Virus record (IMG/VR): IMGVR_UViG_2711768023_000006 | Reading direction: 5' to 3' (one strand) | Length of the DNA stretch: 46,501 nt | Source: a virus | Lineage: Duplodnaviria > Heunggongvirae > Uroviricota > Caudoviricetes | Part shown: one piece after another, positions 1 through 9,059 of the stretch | How positions within the stretch are numbered: the first letter of the stretch is position 1 | How the letters are laid out: every line of letters begins with the position of its first letter | Position numbers and translations under genes: made by a program | The notes under the pieces: model-generated | What the model was told of the DNA's origin: nothing | The model's input: only the letters and a program-made list of their open reading frames with translations | Databases searched by the model: none

Positions 1-103
1 GGTTATCGCTCGCCACGGGAATATCTGCGGCAGCGGGCTTGTAATGGGTTAAGTGATAACAGATGTCTGGAAATATAGGGGCAAATCCAGTCCGTTATAA
101 AAA
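1..103 (+). mobile_element. IS2 3' terminal fragment (last codons of orfB plus terminal inverted repeat)
   Basis: Bases 1-103 match the recalled IS2 right end ...GGTTAAGTGATAACAGATGTCTGGAAATATAGGGGCAAATCCA; in-frame stop at 76-78. Confidence 0.7.
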
Positions 104-130
104 CGCCGGTAAATCGTTCCCAGAGAACCG

Positions 131-644
131 TGAGGTAGCCTGAGTTTAACGGACACTCCTTCCTGAAATAGAATGGCATCAGAAGGAGCTAATAATGAGC
201 AGAAAAACCCAACGTTACTCTAAAGAGTTCAAAGCCGAAGCTGTCAGAACGGTTCTTGAAAATCAACTTTCGATCAGTGAAGGCGCTTCCCGATTATCTC
301 TTCCTGAAGGCACTTTAGGACAATGGGTTACCGCCGCCAGAAAAGGGCTCGGTACTCCTGGTTCCCGCACGGTGGCTGAACTGGAATCTGAAATTCTGCA
401 ACTGCGTAAGGCGTTAAATGAAGCTCGCCTTGAGCGAGATATATTAAAAAAAGCAACAGCGTATTTTGCACAGGAGTCGCTGAAAAATACGCGTTAATCG
501 AACAATGGCGACAACAATTTCCCATTGAAGCGATGTGTCAGGTATTTGGTGTATCCAGGAGCGGTTATTACAACTGGGTACAGCATGAACCCTCAGACAG
601 AAAACAAAGTGATGAGCGGCTAAAACTGGAGATTAAGGTGGCAC
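131..644 (+). mobile_element. IS600 (IS3 family), 5' portion up to IS1 junction
   Basis: Starts with TGAGGTAGCCTGAGTTTAACGGACAC, inverse of the IS600 3' end seen at 2183-2212; contains orfA. Confidence 0.8.
195..497 (+). CDS. IS600 OrfA (IS3-family transposase HTH subunit)
   Basis: 100-aa ORF MSRKTQRYSKEFKAEAVRTV..., HTH plus leucine-zipper-like C-terminus; followed by orfB frame. Confidence 0.85.
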   Translation: MSRKTQRYSKEFKAEAVRTVLENQLSISEGASRLSLPEGTLGQWVTAARKGLGTPGSRTVAELESEILQLRKALNEARLERDILKKATAYFAQESLKNTR

Positions 645-1157
645 GGTAATGACTCCAACTTATTGATAGTGTTTTATGTTCAGATAATGCCCGATGACTT
701 TGTCATGCAGCTCCACCGATTTTGAGAACGACAGCGACTTCCGTCCCAGCCGTGCCAGGTGCTGCCTCAGATTCAGGTTATGCCGCTCAATTCGCTGCGT
801 ATATCGCTTGCTGATTACGTGCAGCTTTCCCTTCAGGCGGGATTCATACAGCGGCCAGCCATCCGTCATCCATATCACCACGTCAAAGGGTGACAGCAGG
901 CTCATAAGACGCCCCAGCGTCGCCATAGTGCGTTCACCGAATACGTGCGCAACAACCGTCTTCCGGAGACTGTCATATGCGTAAAACAGCCAGCGCTGGC
1001 GCGATTTAGCCCCGACATAGCCCCACTGTTCGTCCATTTCCGCGCAGACGATGACGTCACTGCCCGGCTGTATGCGCGAGGTTACCGACTGCGGCCTGAG
1101 TTTTTTAAGTGACGTAAAATCGTGTTGAGGCCAACGCCCATAATGCGTGCAGTTGCC
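645..1157 (-). mobile_element. IS1 fragment (terminal inverted repeat plus 3' part of insB), truncated at N
   Basis: GGTAATGACTCCAACTTATTGATAGTG IS1 end at 645; minus-strand translation ...[88 protein letters not shown] equals InsB C-terminus. Confidence 0.85.
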
Positions 1158-1158
1158 N

Positions 1159-2212
1159 AAAAGGGCTCGGTACTCCTGGTTCCCGCACGGTGGCTGAACT
1201 GGAATCTGAAATTCTGCAACTGCGTAAGGCGTTAAATGAAGCTCGCCTTGAGCGAGATATATTAAAAAAAGCAACAGCGTATTTTGCACAGGAGTCGCTG
1301 AAAAATACGCGTTAATCGAACAATGGCGACAACAATTTCCCATTGAAGCGATGTGTCAGGTATTTGGTGTATCCAGGAGCGGTTATTACAACTGGGTACA
1401 GCATGAACCCTCAGACAGAAAACAAAGTGATGAGCGGCTAAAACTGGAGATTAAGGTGGCACATATCCGCACTCGCGAAACATATGGAACCCGGCGGCTC
1501 CAGACGGAGCTGGCAGAGAATGGCATCATCGTTGGTCGTGACCGACTGGCACGTCTTCGTAAGGAGCTAAGGCTACGCTGTAAGCAGAAACGCAAGTTCA
1601 GAGCGACTACGAACTCGAACCACAATCTGCCAGTTGCGCCAAATCTGCTGAACCAGACGTTCGCTCCTACAGCACCAAATCAGGTCTGGGTGGCGGACCT
1701 GACGTATGTTGCCACACAGGAGGGATGGTTGTACCTCGCTGGCATCAAAGATGTTTATACGTGCGAAATTGTCGGCTACGCCATGGGAGAGCGCATGACA
1801 AAAGAGCTGACAGGTAAAGCCCTGTTTATGGCGCTCAGGAGCCAGCGCCCACCTGCCGGGCTAATCCACCACTCTGATCGAGGTTCACAGTACTGCGCAT
1901 ACGATTACCGGGTCATACAGGAGCAGTCTGGTCTGAAAACATCAATGTCGCGTAAAGGTAACTGTTACGACAACGCTCCGATGGAAAGCTTCTGGGGAAC
2001 GCTGAAAAATGAGAGCCTGAGCCACTATCGTTTTAATAACCGGGATGAAGCCATCTCAGTAATACGGGAATACATTGAGATTTTCTACAATCGTCAGCGT
2101 CGTCACTCTCGTCTGGGGAATATCTCCCCGGCAGCCTTCAGGGAAAAATATCATCAGATGGCTGCTTAAAAAAAGAACAAATGGTAGTGTCCGCTATTGC
2201 CAGTACACCTCA
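1159..2212 (+). mobile_element. IS600, internal position to 3' end (1159-1462 duplicates 341-644)
   Basis: Identical to 341-644, then continues through orfB to terminal ...GCCAGTACACCTCA shared by three copies in the window. Confidence 0.8.
1351..2169 (+). CDS. IS600 OrfB (IS3-family DDE transposase catalytic subunit)
   Basis: 272-aa ORF with DDE/integrase core (…HHSDRGSQY…NAPMESFWGTLK…) in the -1 frame relative to orfA. Confidence 0.85.
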   Translation: MCQVFGVSRSGYYNWVQHEPSDRKQSDERLKLEIKVAHIRTRETYGTRRLQTELAENGIIVGRDRLARLRKELRLRCKQKRKFRATTNSNHNLPVAPNLLNQTFAPTAPNQVWVADLTYVATQEGWLYLAGIKDVYTCEIVGYAMGERMTKELTGKALFMALRSQRPPAGLIHHSDRGSQYCAYDYRVIQEQSGLKTSMSRKGNCYDNAPMESFWGTLKNESLSHYRFNNRDEAISVIREYIEIFYNRQRRHSRLGNISPAAFREKYHQMAA

Positions 2213-2411
2213 GCTATTACCTTCTTCAGAGAGCCCCCAGCTACTTCCTGTGACTCTCGATGCAGCTGCCGAACAGCCAGAATCGCTCGCAGAGGACCCG
2301 AAAACCCTCAGTATCAGCTGTGAGGTAACGTTCCGGCACGGGACGCTCCGCTTCAATGGCAATGTCAGCGAAAAGCTCCTGACTCTGCTGATACAGGAAC
2401 TGAAGCGATGA
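2213..2411 (+). pseudogene. IS66 tnpA (orf1) C-terminal fragment
   Basis: Reading frame ...LSISCEVTFRHGTLRFNGNVSEKLLTLLIQELKR*; the apparent start MVVSAIAS lies inside the IS600 terminal repeat. Confidence 0.6.
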
Positions 2412-2718
2412 TCCCGTTACCTTCCGGGATCAAAATTTGGCTGGTTGCCGGTATCACCGATATGAGAAATGGCTTCAACGGCCTGGCTGCGAAAGTACAG
2501 ACGGCGCTGAAAGACGATCCCATGTCCGGCCATGTTTTCATTTTCCGGGGCCGCAGCGGCAGTCAGGTTAAACTGCTGTGGTCCACCAGTGACGGACTGT
2601 GCCTCCTGACCAAACGGCTGGAGCGTGGGCGCTTCGCCTGGCCGTCAGCCCGTGATGGCAAAGTGTTCCTTACACAGGCGCAGCTGGCGATGCTGCTGGA
2701 AGGTATCGACTGGCGACA
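2408..2718 (+). pseudogene. IS66 tnpB (orf2) N-terminal part, disrupted by prophage insertion
   Basis: MIPLPSGIKIWLVAGITDMRNGFNGLAAKVQ...LLEGIDWR; frame resumes at 41413-41453 (QPKRLLTSLTML*). Confidence 0.75.
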
Positions 2719-2900
2719 TATAACCAGGTGAATCATTTGATACCGACAAGGGGTTTAGTGAAAGGAGGTGAAATCACCTGTAAGATACTGAAATAAAACA
2801 GGTGATGGCTAGATGTGCGGATAAGGTCTATTTGATACCGATTGTGCAATAATTAGTCATTTATTATAAAATCGGCAACTCATTTGATACTGTGGTTTTA
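2719..2900 (+). promoter_or_regulatory. Prophage left end (attL) with three transposase-binding-like repeats
   Basis: TTTGATACCG at 2736-2745 and 2831-2840, variant TTTGATACTG at 2883-2892; same motif inverted three times at the right end. Confidence 0.6.
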
Positions 2901-2964
2901 GTCTTTTAAGGCGTTCCAAACAATGCGAAATACTCGATATAGTGCAAAATGCGGGCTAATGCTA

Positions 2965-3510
2965 TTAACCCGCTTTTGGTTCTACCGCGTTAGATTTGCG
3001 ACTTCTCTCAGTTTCTTCCAAAATCTCTCTGACGCGTTCGTCAGACATACCTTCAAGCTGTAATGCAGCTATTCTTTTCCTTCCTTCTAAGCGGATTAGA
3101 TCTTGATTTTCAGGCTCTAACAACCGAGCTAAGTACTTGGCTCCATTCAGAACCAAATTTTTCGATAGCTGCTCTAAGTCTTTTTCATCAAGTGCGCTGA
3201 TAATCGTCATAATTATCTTCTTGCTTTCATCTTGATTTTCCTTGATCTCACACCGATTCACTTGTGATGCATCACTGAATCCACATAGCCACTCAACACT
3301 TACTCCTTCGATAGACGCAATCTGAAGGGCGACACTTAAGGATGGCTCAGTGCCACGAGACAGATAATTGTTTAGTGTTGAAAATGAAAGCCCCCAATCT
3401 CTTGCTGCAGCTCTGACGCTGCGGGAGCCAATCAGCCTTTTCAGACGCTCAGCAATGCTTTCTTTTCTACCACCAGGAAAAGAAAGAGATGTTGTTGTTT
3501 GCTTGTTCAT
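2965..3510 (-). CDS. Putative prophage repressor (Mu c-like position, HTH protein)
   Basis: 181-aa HTH protein transcribed divergently from ner/A/B at the left end, as for Mu repressor. Confidence 0.6.
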   Translation of the reverse strand: MNKQTTTSLSFPGGRKESIAERLKRLIGSRSVRAAARDWGLSFSTLNNYLSRGTEPSLSVALQIASIEGVSVEWLCGFSDASQVNRCEIKENQDESKKIIMTIISALDEKDLEQLSKNLVLNGAKYLARLLEPENQDLIRLEGRKRIAALQLEGMSDERVREILEETERSRKSNAVEPKAG

Positions 3511-3695
3511 TTTCTTTTCTTCCTATCAATTTGAAATTATTAACTTTTAGTGTTGTCAGCAACCATTGATCCACAATAGACAAAAGAAAGATGTTTTTTT
3601 TGCTTTACATGAAGCAGAAGTGGATCAATACTTATATCAAACTTGATAACTAAGTTTAGTTATCAAATTTCGTAACTTTTTAGGATAGATGAATC
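3511..3695. promoter_or_regulatory. Divergent early promoter/operator region between repressor and ner
   Basis: AT-rich 185 bp with dyad TTGATAACTAAGTTTAGTTATCAA and inverted CCATTGATCCAC/GTGGATCAATA elements. Confidence 0.5.
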
Positions 3696-3926
3696 ATGGC
3701 GAGAAATGAAGTTAAGCCTGATTGGCATCCTCAAAGAATTTTGGGGGAAGTCAGAGCCAGAGAAGGAAGCATGAGGGCGCTGGCCCGTAAAGCTGGCGTG
3801 GGTCAGAACAATCTGTACAACGCGGTATACCGCCATGTTCCCAAGTATGAGGGGATTATCGCGGAATGCCTGGGGGTGCCGCCCGAGGAGATTTGGCCCA
3901 GCCGCTACATTCGTAAGGTCGCGTAA
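3696..3926 (+). CDS. ner: Ner-like DNA-binding regulator
   Basis: 76-aa protein with ...DWHPQRILGEVRAREGSMRALARKAGVG...EEIWPSRY, resembling Mu Ner/Nlp; first gene of early operon. Confidence 0.75.
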   Translation: MARNEVKPDWHPQRILGEVRAREGSMRALARKAGVGQNNLYNAVYRHVPKYEGIIAECLGVPPEEIWPSRYIRKVA

Positions 3927-3928
3927 TT

Positions 3929-6016
3929 ATGTTTGCTTCAGTTAAAGAACTGGTTGGATTACCGGGGATGCCGGGAACGGAGCAAGGCGTTCGCTATTCA
4001 ATCAGGAAGTATGCAACCAGCGAAACCAGCAGACGCCGCAAGAAAGGCGCTAAAGGTTTTGAATACAGCATTGACTGTTTACCTGAAGTGACACAGCAGG
4101 CATTACGCGAACGTTATGCCCTGCAACTGATGACGCAAAAAGCCGATGAATCACCGGCTCCGGTGGTGACAAAGGCCAGACGCTCGTCTGCCGTGGTTGA
4201 TGCGGTGGAGGCATATCGCGGATCACCACAACTGATGGTCGAACGCCTCAATGCCCTGACTGAAAACCAGCGCCAGGTGGCAGACGCACGCATTGCGATC
4301 GTCAGTGAGGTGCTGAAATTCACGCAACAACCCGGTTTCAGCTGCGCTAAAGCTATCCGGTTCCTCGTTAACAGCCTGGCACGATCACAACTGGACGAGC
4401 GCATTGTGGCAATGGTTGAGACGGCGAACGCCAAAAAGGGAAACAGCCGCGCGTTGAGTGAAATCACGCTGAAACGCTGGATTGCGGCCTTTAACAAGGC
4501 ACAGAACGCCGCTGAACGCCTGCTTTTACTGGCACCGGGTAAACGCCAGGAAATAAAAGCCGAAGATATTAACTGGCTGCCCGAATTTCTGGCGCAGTAT
4601 CGCCAGTCAAACGGCCGACCAATGACCGAGGCTTACGAGGATTTTGTTGCTGAATGGCAGCACCGGCACGCTGATGAGCCTTATATGCTCGATATCATGC
4701 CCTCTTATGACACCATTCGCCGCGCAATGAAGAAACTGCCGGAAGTGGTGAAACAAAAAGGCCGGGTAACTGGCAGTGAATACCGTCAGCTTGAGGGATT
4801 CACGCGCCGCGACTGGTCCAGAATGCCGGTGAATTATGTCTGGATTGGTGACGGTCACGGCATGAAGCTGAAATGCGCGCACCCGGTTCACGGGCGGCCA
4901 TTCGCACCGGAAGTGACCTTTGTTATCGACGGTGGCACGCGCTTTGTGGTGGGCTGGAGCCTTGACCTGGCTGAAAATGTTTTCGCCGTAGCCGGTGCCA
5001 TACAGCACGGTATTCGCCATCATGGCAAACCGTTTCTGTATTACTCGGATAATGGCTCCGGGGAAACCGCCGACGTCCTGGATAAGGAGATTGTGGGGAT
5101 ACTGCCACGACTGGGGATTAATCACCCGACAGGGATTGCCGGTAATCCGCAGGGACGGGGCATTATCGAACGGCTTAACCGCACATTACCGATGCGCATA
5201 GCCCGTAAATACCGCACCTATTTCGGGAAAGGAGCAGATCGCGAGACGTTACGTAAAACCAACCGCGATTTACGCTCGGCATTCAGTGCCCTGCAACAGG
5301 GCAAACGGCTGAACGCCCGGCAGCAGTCAGCGATGCGTGATTTACCGTCCTGGTCTGAACTGATTGATGCCATTCGTGACGGTGTTGAGTGGTACAACAA
5401 CCGGCCGCACGATGAATTACCCATGAAGCCGAACGGTAAACATTACAGCCCGGCGGAGTTCAGAAAAAAACGCCTGGCGGAAGAGGACACGGAAATTGAA
5501 TGGCTGTCCGATGTTGAACTGCGGGATATGTTCCGGCCGATGGTGGAGCGCCCTGTAAGACGCTGTGAAATACGCTGGCTGAATAATATTTACTACGCGC
5601 CCGAGCTGCGTGACGAGCATGGCCGTAAGGTACTTATCAGCTATGACATTCATGATGCCGAACGAATTACCGTGCGCCGCCCGGATGGCAGCGTGATTTG
5701 CGAGGCGGTATGGGACGGCAATAAACGCGAAGCCTTCCCTGTCAGCGCGGAATACTACAAACAGCAGCAGCGCCTTAAAGGCATGCGTAAACGCGCAGAG
5801 GAAAAAATCCGTGATGCCGAGGATGAGGTTGTCAACGTGCTGGAGCACAAGCCGCAGGAGCCCTGGCTGGAAAACATATACCGCCCTGTGGGTAATACGG
5901 TGACCGTTCAGCAACCGGTCGCTGACGATGAACCTGATGAAGAATACGAGCGTAATTTCCAGCGGGGATTGCAACTGCTCGAAGCGAAATTAAAAGAAAG
6001 TGATCCGCTGGCCTGA
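3929..6016 (+). CDS. A: Mu-type DDE transposase A
   Basis: 695-aa protein directly after ner, size and position of MuA. Confidence 0.85.
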   Translation: MFASVKELVGLPGMPGTEQGVRYSIRKYATSETSRRRKKGAKGFEYSIDCLPEVTQQALRERYALQLMTQKADESPAPVVTKARRSSAVVDAVEAYRGSPQLMVERLNALTENQRQVADARIAIVSEVLKFTQQPGFSCAKAIRFLVNSLARSQLDERIVAMVETANAKKGNSRALSEITLKRWIAAFNKAQNAAERLLLLAPGKRQEIKAEDINWLPEFLAQYRQSNGRPMTEAYEDFVAEWQHRHADEPYMLDIMPSYDTIRRAMKKLPEVVKQKGRVTGSEYRQLEGFTRRDWSRMPVNYVWIGDGHGMKLKCAHPVHGRPFAPEVTFVIDGGTRFVVGWSLDLAENVFAVAGAIQHGIRHHGKPFLYYSDNGSGETADVLDKEIVGILPRLGINHPTGIAGNPQGRGIIERLNRTLPMRIARKYRTYFGKGADRETLRKTNRDLRSAFSALQQGKRLNARQQSAMRDLPSWSELIDAIRDGVEWYNNRPHDELPMKPNGKHYSPAEFRKKRLAEEDTEIEWLSDVELRDMFRPMVERPVRRCEIRWLNNIYYAPELRDEHGRKVLISYDIHDAERITVRRPDGSVICEAVWDGNKREAFPVSAEYYKQQQRLKGMRKRAEEKIRDAEDEVVNVLEHKPQEPWLENIYRPVGNTVTVQQPVADDEPDEEYERNFQRGLQLLEAKLKESDPLA

Positions 6017-6098
6017 AATAAAAAAATAACCCGAGGGGTGACTCAGGTTATTTGAGGTTTCAGTCTCGGAGAATGCTGTCTCAAGCGAGGTGAATAAT

Positions 6099-7031
6099 AT
6101 GACCGATATTAACGATGTAATCAAGACCATTGATGAACTTATTGATGGCGGCGTACTGACGCAGTATGCCATCGCCAGAGAGGCGGGAATTTCCGACGGC
6201 ACATTATCGGCTTTCCGTAAGGGAAAATATAAAGGCGATAACGCTGCTGTGGCTGCTTCCCTGCGCTCCTGGTATGAGAACTGGAATAAACAAAGCGCAC
6301 TGCCGGAACCGCCGCAGTTTGTGGAAACTCAGACAGTCCAGGAGCTGCGCGCACTGTTTCAGGCGGTTCGCCTGATGGGCTGTATTAACGTTATTGTGGG
6401 CGTACCGGGTGTGGGTAAAACGGCCACTGCCCGTAATTACTGCCAGGAGCAACCAAACACCTGGATGATCACCCTGTCACCCGCGCACTCCAGCGTCACG
6501 GAGTGTCTGCTGGAGCTGGCCGATGCGCTGGGGATTGATTACACCCGCGCGAACAAAGGGGCATTATCCCGCGCCATCCGCCGTCGCCTGATGGGAACGC
6601 GTGGACTGGTGATTGTGGATGAGGCGGATCATCTTGGTATTGACGGTCTGGAGCAACTCCGGGCAATTCAGGACGCCACGGGGATCGGGATGGTGCTTAT
6701 TGGTAACCCGCGCGGATTGTTTAAAGGTGGACGCCGCGCCTTTGATGATTTATCGCGCCTGTTCAGCCGTCTTGCCCGTACAAAACAACTTCGCAAGGCC
6801 AAAAAGGCGGATGTGCTGGCCATTGCCATGGCGTGGGGGATCAGTGGTGAGGCCGAGCTGGCCGTCATGCAGGCTATCGCTGAAAAGCCGGGAGCGTTAC
6901 GCGTTCTGACACATACGCTTAACCAGGCGTGGCTCACCGCCAGCGGTGAAGGCGCGGCGCTGACAGAAAAACATATTAATGCGGCCTTTAAAGAGGTTTA
7001 TACCAACCCTGAATTACTCTCACAGGTGTGA
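6099..7031 (+). CDS. B: Transposition ATPase B (MuB-like AAA+)
   Basis: Walker A GVPGVGKT, Walker B VIVDEADHL; ATG at 6099 with RBS GCGAGG (the ORF-track start at 6090 is GTG). Confidence 0.85.
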   Translation: MTDINDVIKTIDELIDGGVLTQYAIAREAGISDGTLSAFRKGKYKGDNAAVAASLRSWYENWNKQSALPEPPQFVETQTVQELRALFQAVRLMGCINVIVGVPGVGKTATARNYCQEQPNTWMITLSPAHSSVTECLLELADALGIDYTRANKGALSRAIRRRLMGTRGLVIVDEADHLGIDGLEQLRAIQDATGIGMVLIGNPRGLFKGGRRAFDDLSRLFSRLARTKQLRKAKKADVLAIAMAWGISGEAELAVMQAIAEKPGALRVLTHTLNQAWLTASGEGAALTEKHINAAFKEVYTNPELLSQV

Positions 7032-7033
7032 TT

Positions 7034-7255
7034 ATGGCGGTATTTAATATTCCTGATATTTACGGACGCTTTTACCTGGTTAATTTCGATAACGTGAAGG
7101 TGATTTCACTGGCCGAAAATAAAGAATGTGGCGATTTACTTTTTGAATTTAATGACCGCACACGAATGGTGATATCTGCCGGACTTGATCGCGAAGGTGC
7201 GACAGAAGTTTACAGCGGAATATGCCGTTCTGTTGGTGCGAAACAAGTCAGCTAA
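7034..7255 (+). CDS. hypothetical early protein
   Basis: ORF after B; ATG at 7034 preceded by AGGTG. Confidence 0.4.
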   Translation: MAVFNIPDIYGRFYLVNFDNVKVISLAENKECGDLLFEFNDRTRMVISAGLDREGATEVYSGICRSVGAKQVS

Positions 7256-7267
7256 ATGAGGTGTTAT

Positions 7268-7522
7268 ATGAATATGCAATCCTGCGGTAACAAAATGAAT
7301 TTATTCGACTCCCTGAACAGCGCGCGCCGTCTGACCGAACTTGCCGGTGCGGTACTGGAACGCAGTAAGCGCTATCCGCAACGTTTTGCACTGAAAACCA
7401 CGCCGCCGGTAGGCAACGTGCAGGGAACCGGTGAAATTGAAATCACCATACAGACCAACGGCCTGCGCCGCCGTGTGAAGGCCACCCGCATCAGCGGCTG
7501 CACGGTTTACTGGGAGGTGTGA
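7268..7522 (+). CDS. hypothetical early protein
   Basis: ORF in early operon, RBS GAGGTG; start ambiguous (7256/7268/7274). Confidence 0.4.
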   Translation: MNMQSCGNKMNLFDSLNSARRLTELAGAVLERSKRYPQRFALKTTPPVGNVQGTGEIEITIQTNGLRRRVKATRISGCTVYWEV

Positions 7523-7523
7523 G

Positions 7524-7805
7524 GTGAAAAAAAATCTCATTGCATGGGCGTGGTCGAGTGGTCTTATTGAGTTTGGTTACGTCCTGCCGGAAGGTGCATT
7601 GCCGATAGTTGCCGGAAAGCCTGCCACGGTACGGCATGTGATTGAGGTTATGGCGCGTCATGGACGTGATGAACAGGAGCAGTTACTGGTTCCGGGGATA
7701 CCGGAAGCGGTGACGGAGGAAGAAGCCTTTAATGCCATGATTCGGTTCTGCCGTGAGGTTAGACGCCGGGTCAGTTATCCAAACAGAACGAGGACCAGAG
7801 GATGA
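7524..7805 (+). CDS. hypothetical early protein
   Basis: 93-aa ORF, GTG start preceded by GGGAGG, tightly coupled to neighbours. Confidence 0.4.
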   Translation: MKKNLIAWAWSSGLIEFGYVLPEGALPIVAGKPATVRHVIEVMARHGRDEQEQLLVPGIPEAVTEEEAFNAMIRFCREVRRRVSYPNRTRTRG

Positions 7806-8074
7806 GTAAAGTCGTACGCATTATTTTCGAATACAAGGAAGATGTTATCTGCAAAAACTCTGATGGCAGCACGCACAGAGGGGTAAGTCTGGATATACGT
7901 TCAACCGGAATAAAGAAGAAAGATAATGGACCCGCCATGATTTTTGGGGTGGTTATGCTGGCAGAAAGCAGAAACTTCGCAGAGTTTGTGGCAATGAAAG
8001 CCAGTGCATTCATGAAAGACAGAGGCATGGCTTCCGGGGTTATTAACGGTAATGAATTTAATCAACAGGGGTAA
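7802..8074 (+). CDS. hypothetical early protein (paralogue A)
   Basis: MSKVVRIIFEYKEDV...; N-terminus paralogous to next gene. Confidence 0.45.
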   Translation: MSKVVRIIFEYKEDVICKNSDGSTHRGVSLDIRSTGIKKKDNGPAMIFGVVMLAESRNFAEFVAMKASAFMKDRGMASGVINGNEFNQQG

Positions 8075-8078
8075 TTCC

Positions 8079-8372
8079 ATGAGCAAAGTACGCGTTATTT
8101 TTGAATTTAATCATGTTTCGCATGACGAAAAGTTGGCAGGCAATGACTGTGTTGAAGTGCATGAAAAGATTGGAGTGGATGTGAAAACAGAACGTGATAC
8201 GGATAACAGGCCGACGTCACTCTGTGACGTTTATGCAAGTATTCTCCAGTATCACAGTCCTGCAATTATTCAGTTTCTCTCAGCGGAATTTCAGGCATCT
8301 GCACAGTCTTTTGGAGCGGATGCCATCATTAAACGCCACCGCGTGCATAAAGCATCAGGCACACTGCAATAA
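8079..8372 (+). CDS. hypothetical early protein (paralogue B)
   Basis: MSKVRVIFEFNHV...; ATG at 8079 with RBS AGGGG. Confidence 0.45.
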   Translation: MSKVRVIFEFNHVSHDEKLAGNDCVEVHEKIGVDVKTERDTDNRPTSLCDVYASILQYHSPAIIQFLSAEFQASAQSFGADAIIKRHRVHKASGTLQ

Positions 8373-8383
8373 GGAAAAACAAA

Positions 8384-8914
8384 ATGGCTAAACGCGTTAC
8401 AAAATTAAAGGCCGCAGCCGAGGCGGCACCGCAGACCCGGGAAGAAGTCAGCCGTGATATCCGCACCCTGGGAGATATTCAGCGAGAGGCGCTGCGCCTG
8501 GAAACGGCGATGAATGACGAAGTGGCAGAAATCACCGCCCGTTATACGCCGCAGATTGAAAATCTTAAAAAGCAAATCAAAGTGCTTTTTAAAGGGATTC
8601 AGGACTGGTGCAAAACCAACCGTGATGAGCTGACGAACGGCGGCAAAACCAAAACAGCCAATCTGACCACCGGAACGGTGTCATGGCGGCTGGGAACGCC
8701 ATCATGCAGCGTCAGCCGTGATGTGGAAGGTGTGATTGAAATGCTGCGCCGTATGGGGCTTGAGCGTTTCATCCGCACGAAAGAGGAAGTGAACAAGGAA
8801 GCCGTCCTGGCGGAGCCGGATGCTGTGAAAGGCATTGCCGGTATCAAGGTGAATAAAGGCGCTGAAAGTTTTTATGTCGAGCCTTTTGAACAGGACGCCG
8901 GACTGAATAAATAA
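8384..8914 (+). CDS. gam: Gam-like host-nuclease inhibitor (DNA end-binding)
   Basis: 176 aa; ...IRTLGDIQREALRLETAMNDEVAEITARY...CKTNRDELTNGGKTKTANLTTGTVSWR...FIRTKEEVNKEA closely resembles Mu Gam. Confidence 0.85.
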   Translation: MAKRVTKLKAAAEAAPQTREEVSRDIRTLGDIQREALRLETAMNDEVAEITARYTPQIENLKKQIKVLFKGIQDWCKTNRDELTNGGKTKTANLTTGTVSWRLGTPSCSVSRDVEGVIEMLRRMGLERFIRTKEEVNKEAVLAEPDAVKGIAGIKVNKGAESFYVEPFEQDAGLNK

Positions 8915-9059
8915 CACCGCATTAATCAATTAAATATCACTTCATTTTAATTATGGCGCTCGCGTCAGGGGACTGCTTGCGCCTGAAAACAGAAAATAAG
9001 GGTTAAGAAATATGAAATACGTTTATATCGTCATTAATAATGTGGTGGGGAAATAAATC

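Larger units (their letters stand above)
2213..2718 (+). mobile_element. IS66-family element, left portion (5'-truncated by IS600, 3'-interrupted by prophage)
   Basis: Encodes C-terminal piece of TnpA-like orf1 and N-terminal 103 codons of TnpB; ATGA overlap of orf1 and orf2 typical of IS66. Confidence 0.7.

Noticed and set aside
660-1343. 227-aa minus-strand ORF listed in the ORF track
   Set aside because: Chimera reading across the N at 1158, fusing the IS1 insB C-terminus with antisense IS600 sequence; only the IS1 insB fragment (645-1157) is real
2181-2411. Apparent complete 76-aa gene starting MVVSAIAS
   Set aside because: The first ~11 codons lie inside the IS600 terminal repeat (same sequence at 44371-44404 and 46351-46382); only the part after 2212 belongs to IS66 tnpA
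2719-2900. Repeated TTTGATACCG motifs as a possible CRISPR-like array
   Set aside because: Only three short copies with irregular spacing, mirrored in inverted orientation at the other prophage end; consistent with transposase binding sites, not repeat-spacer structure
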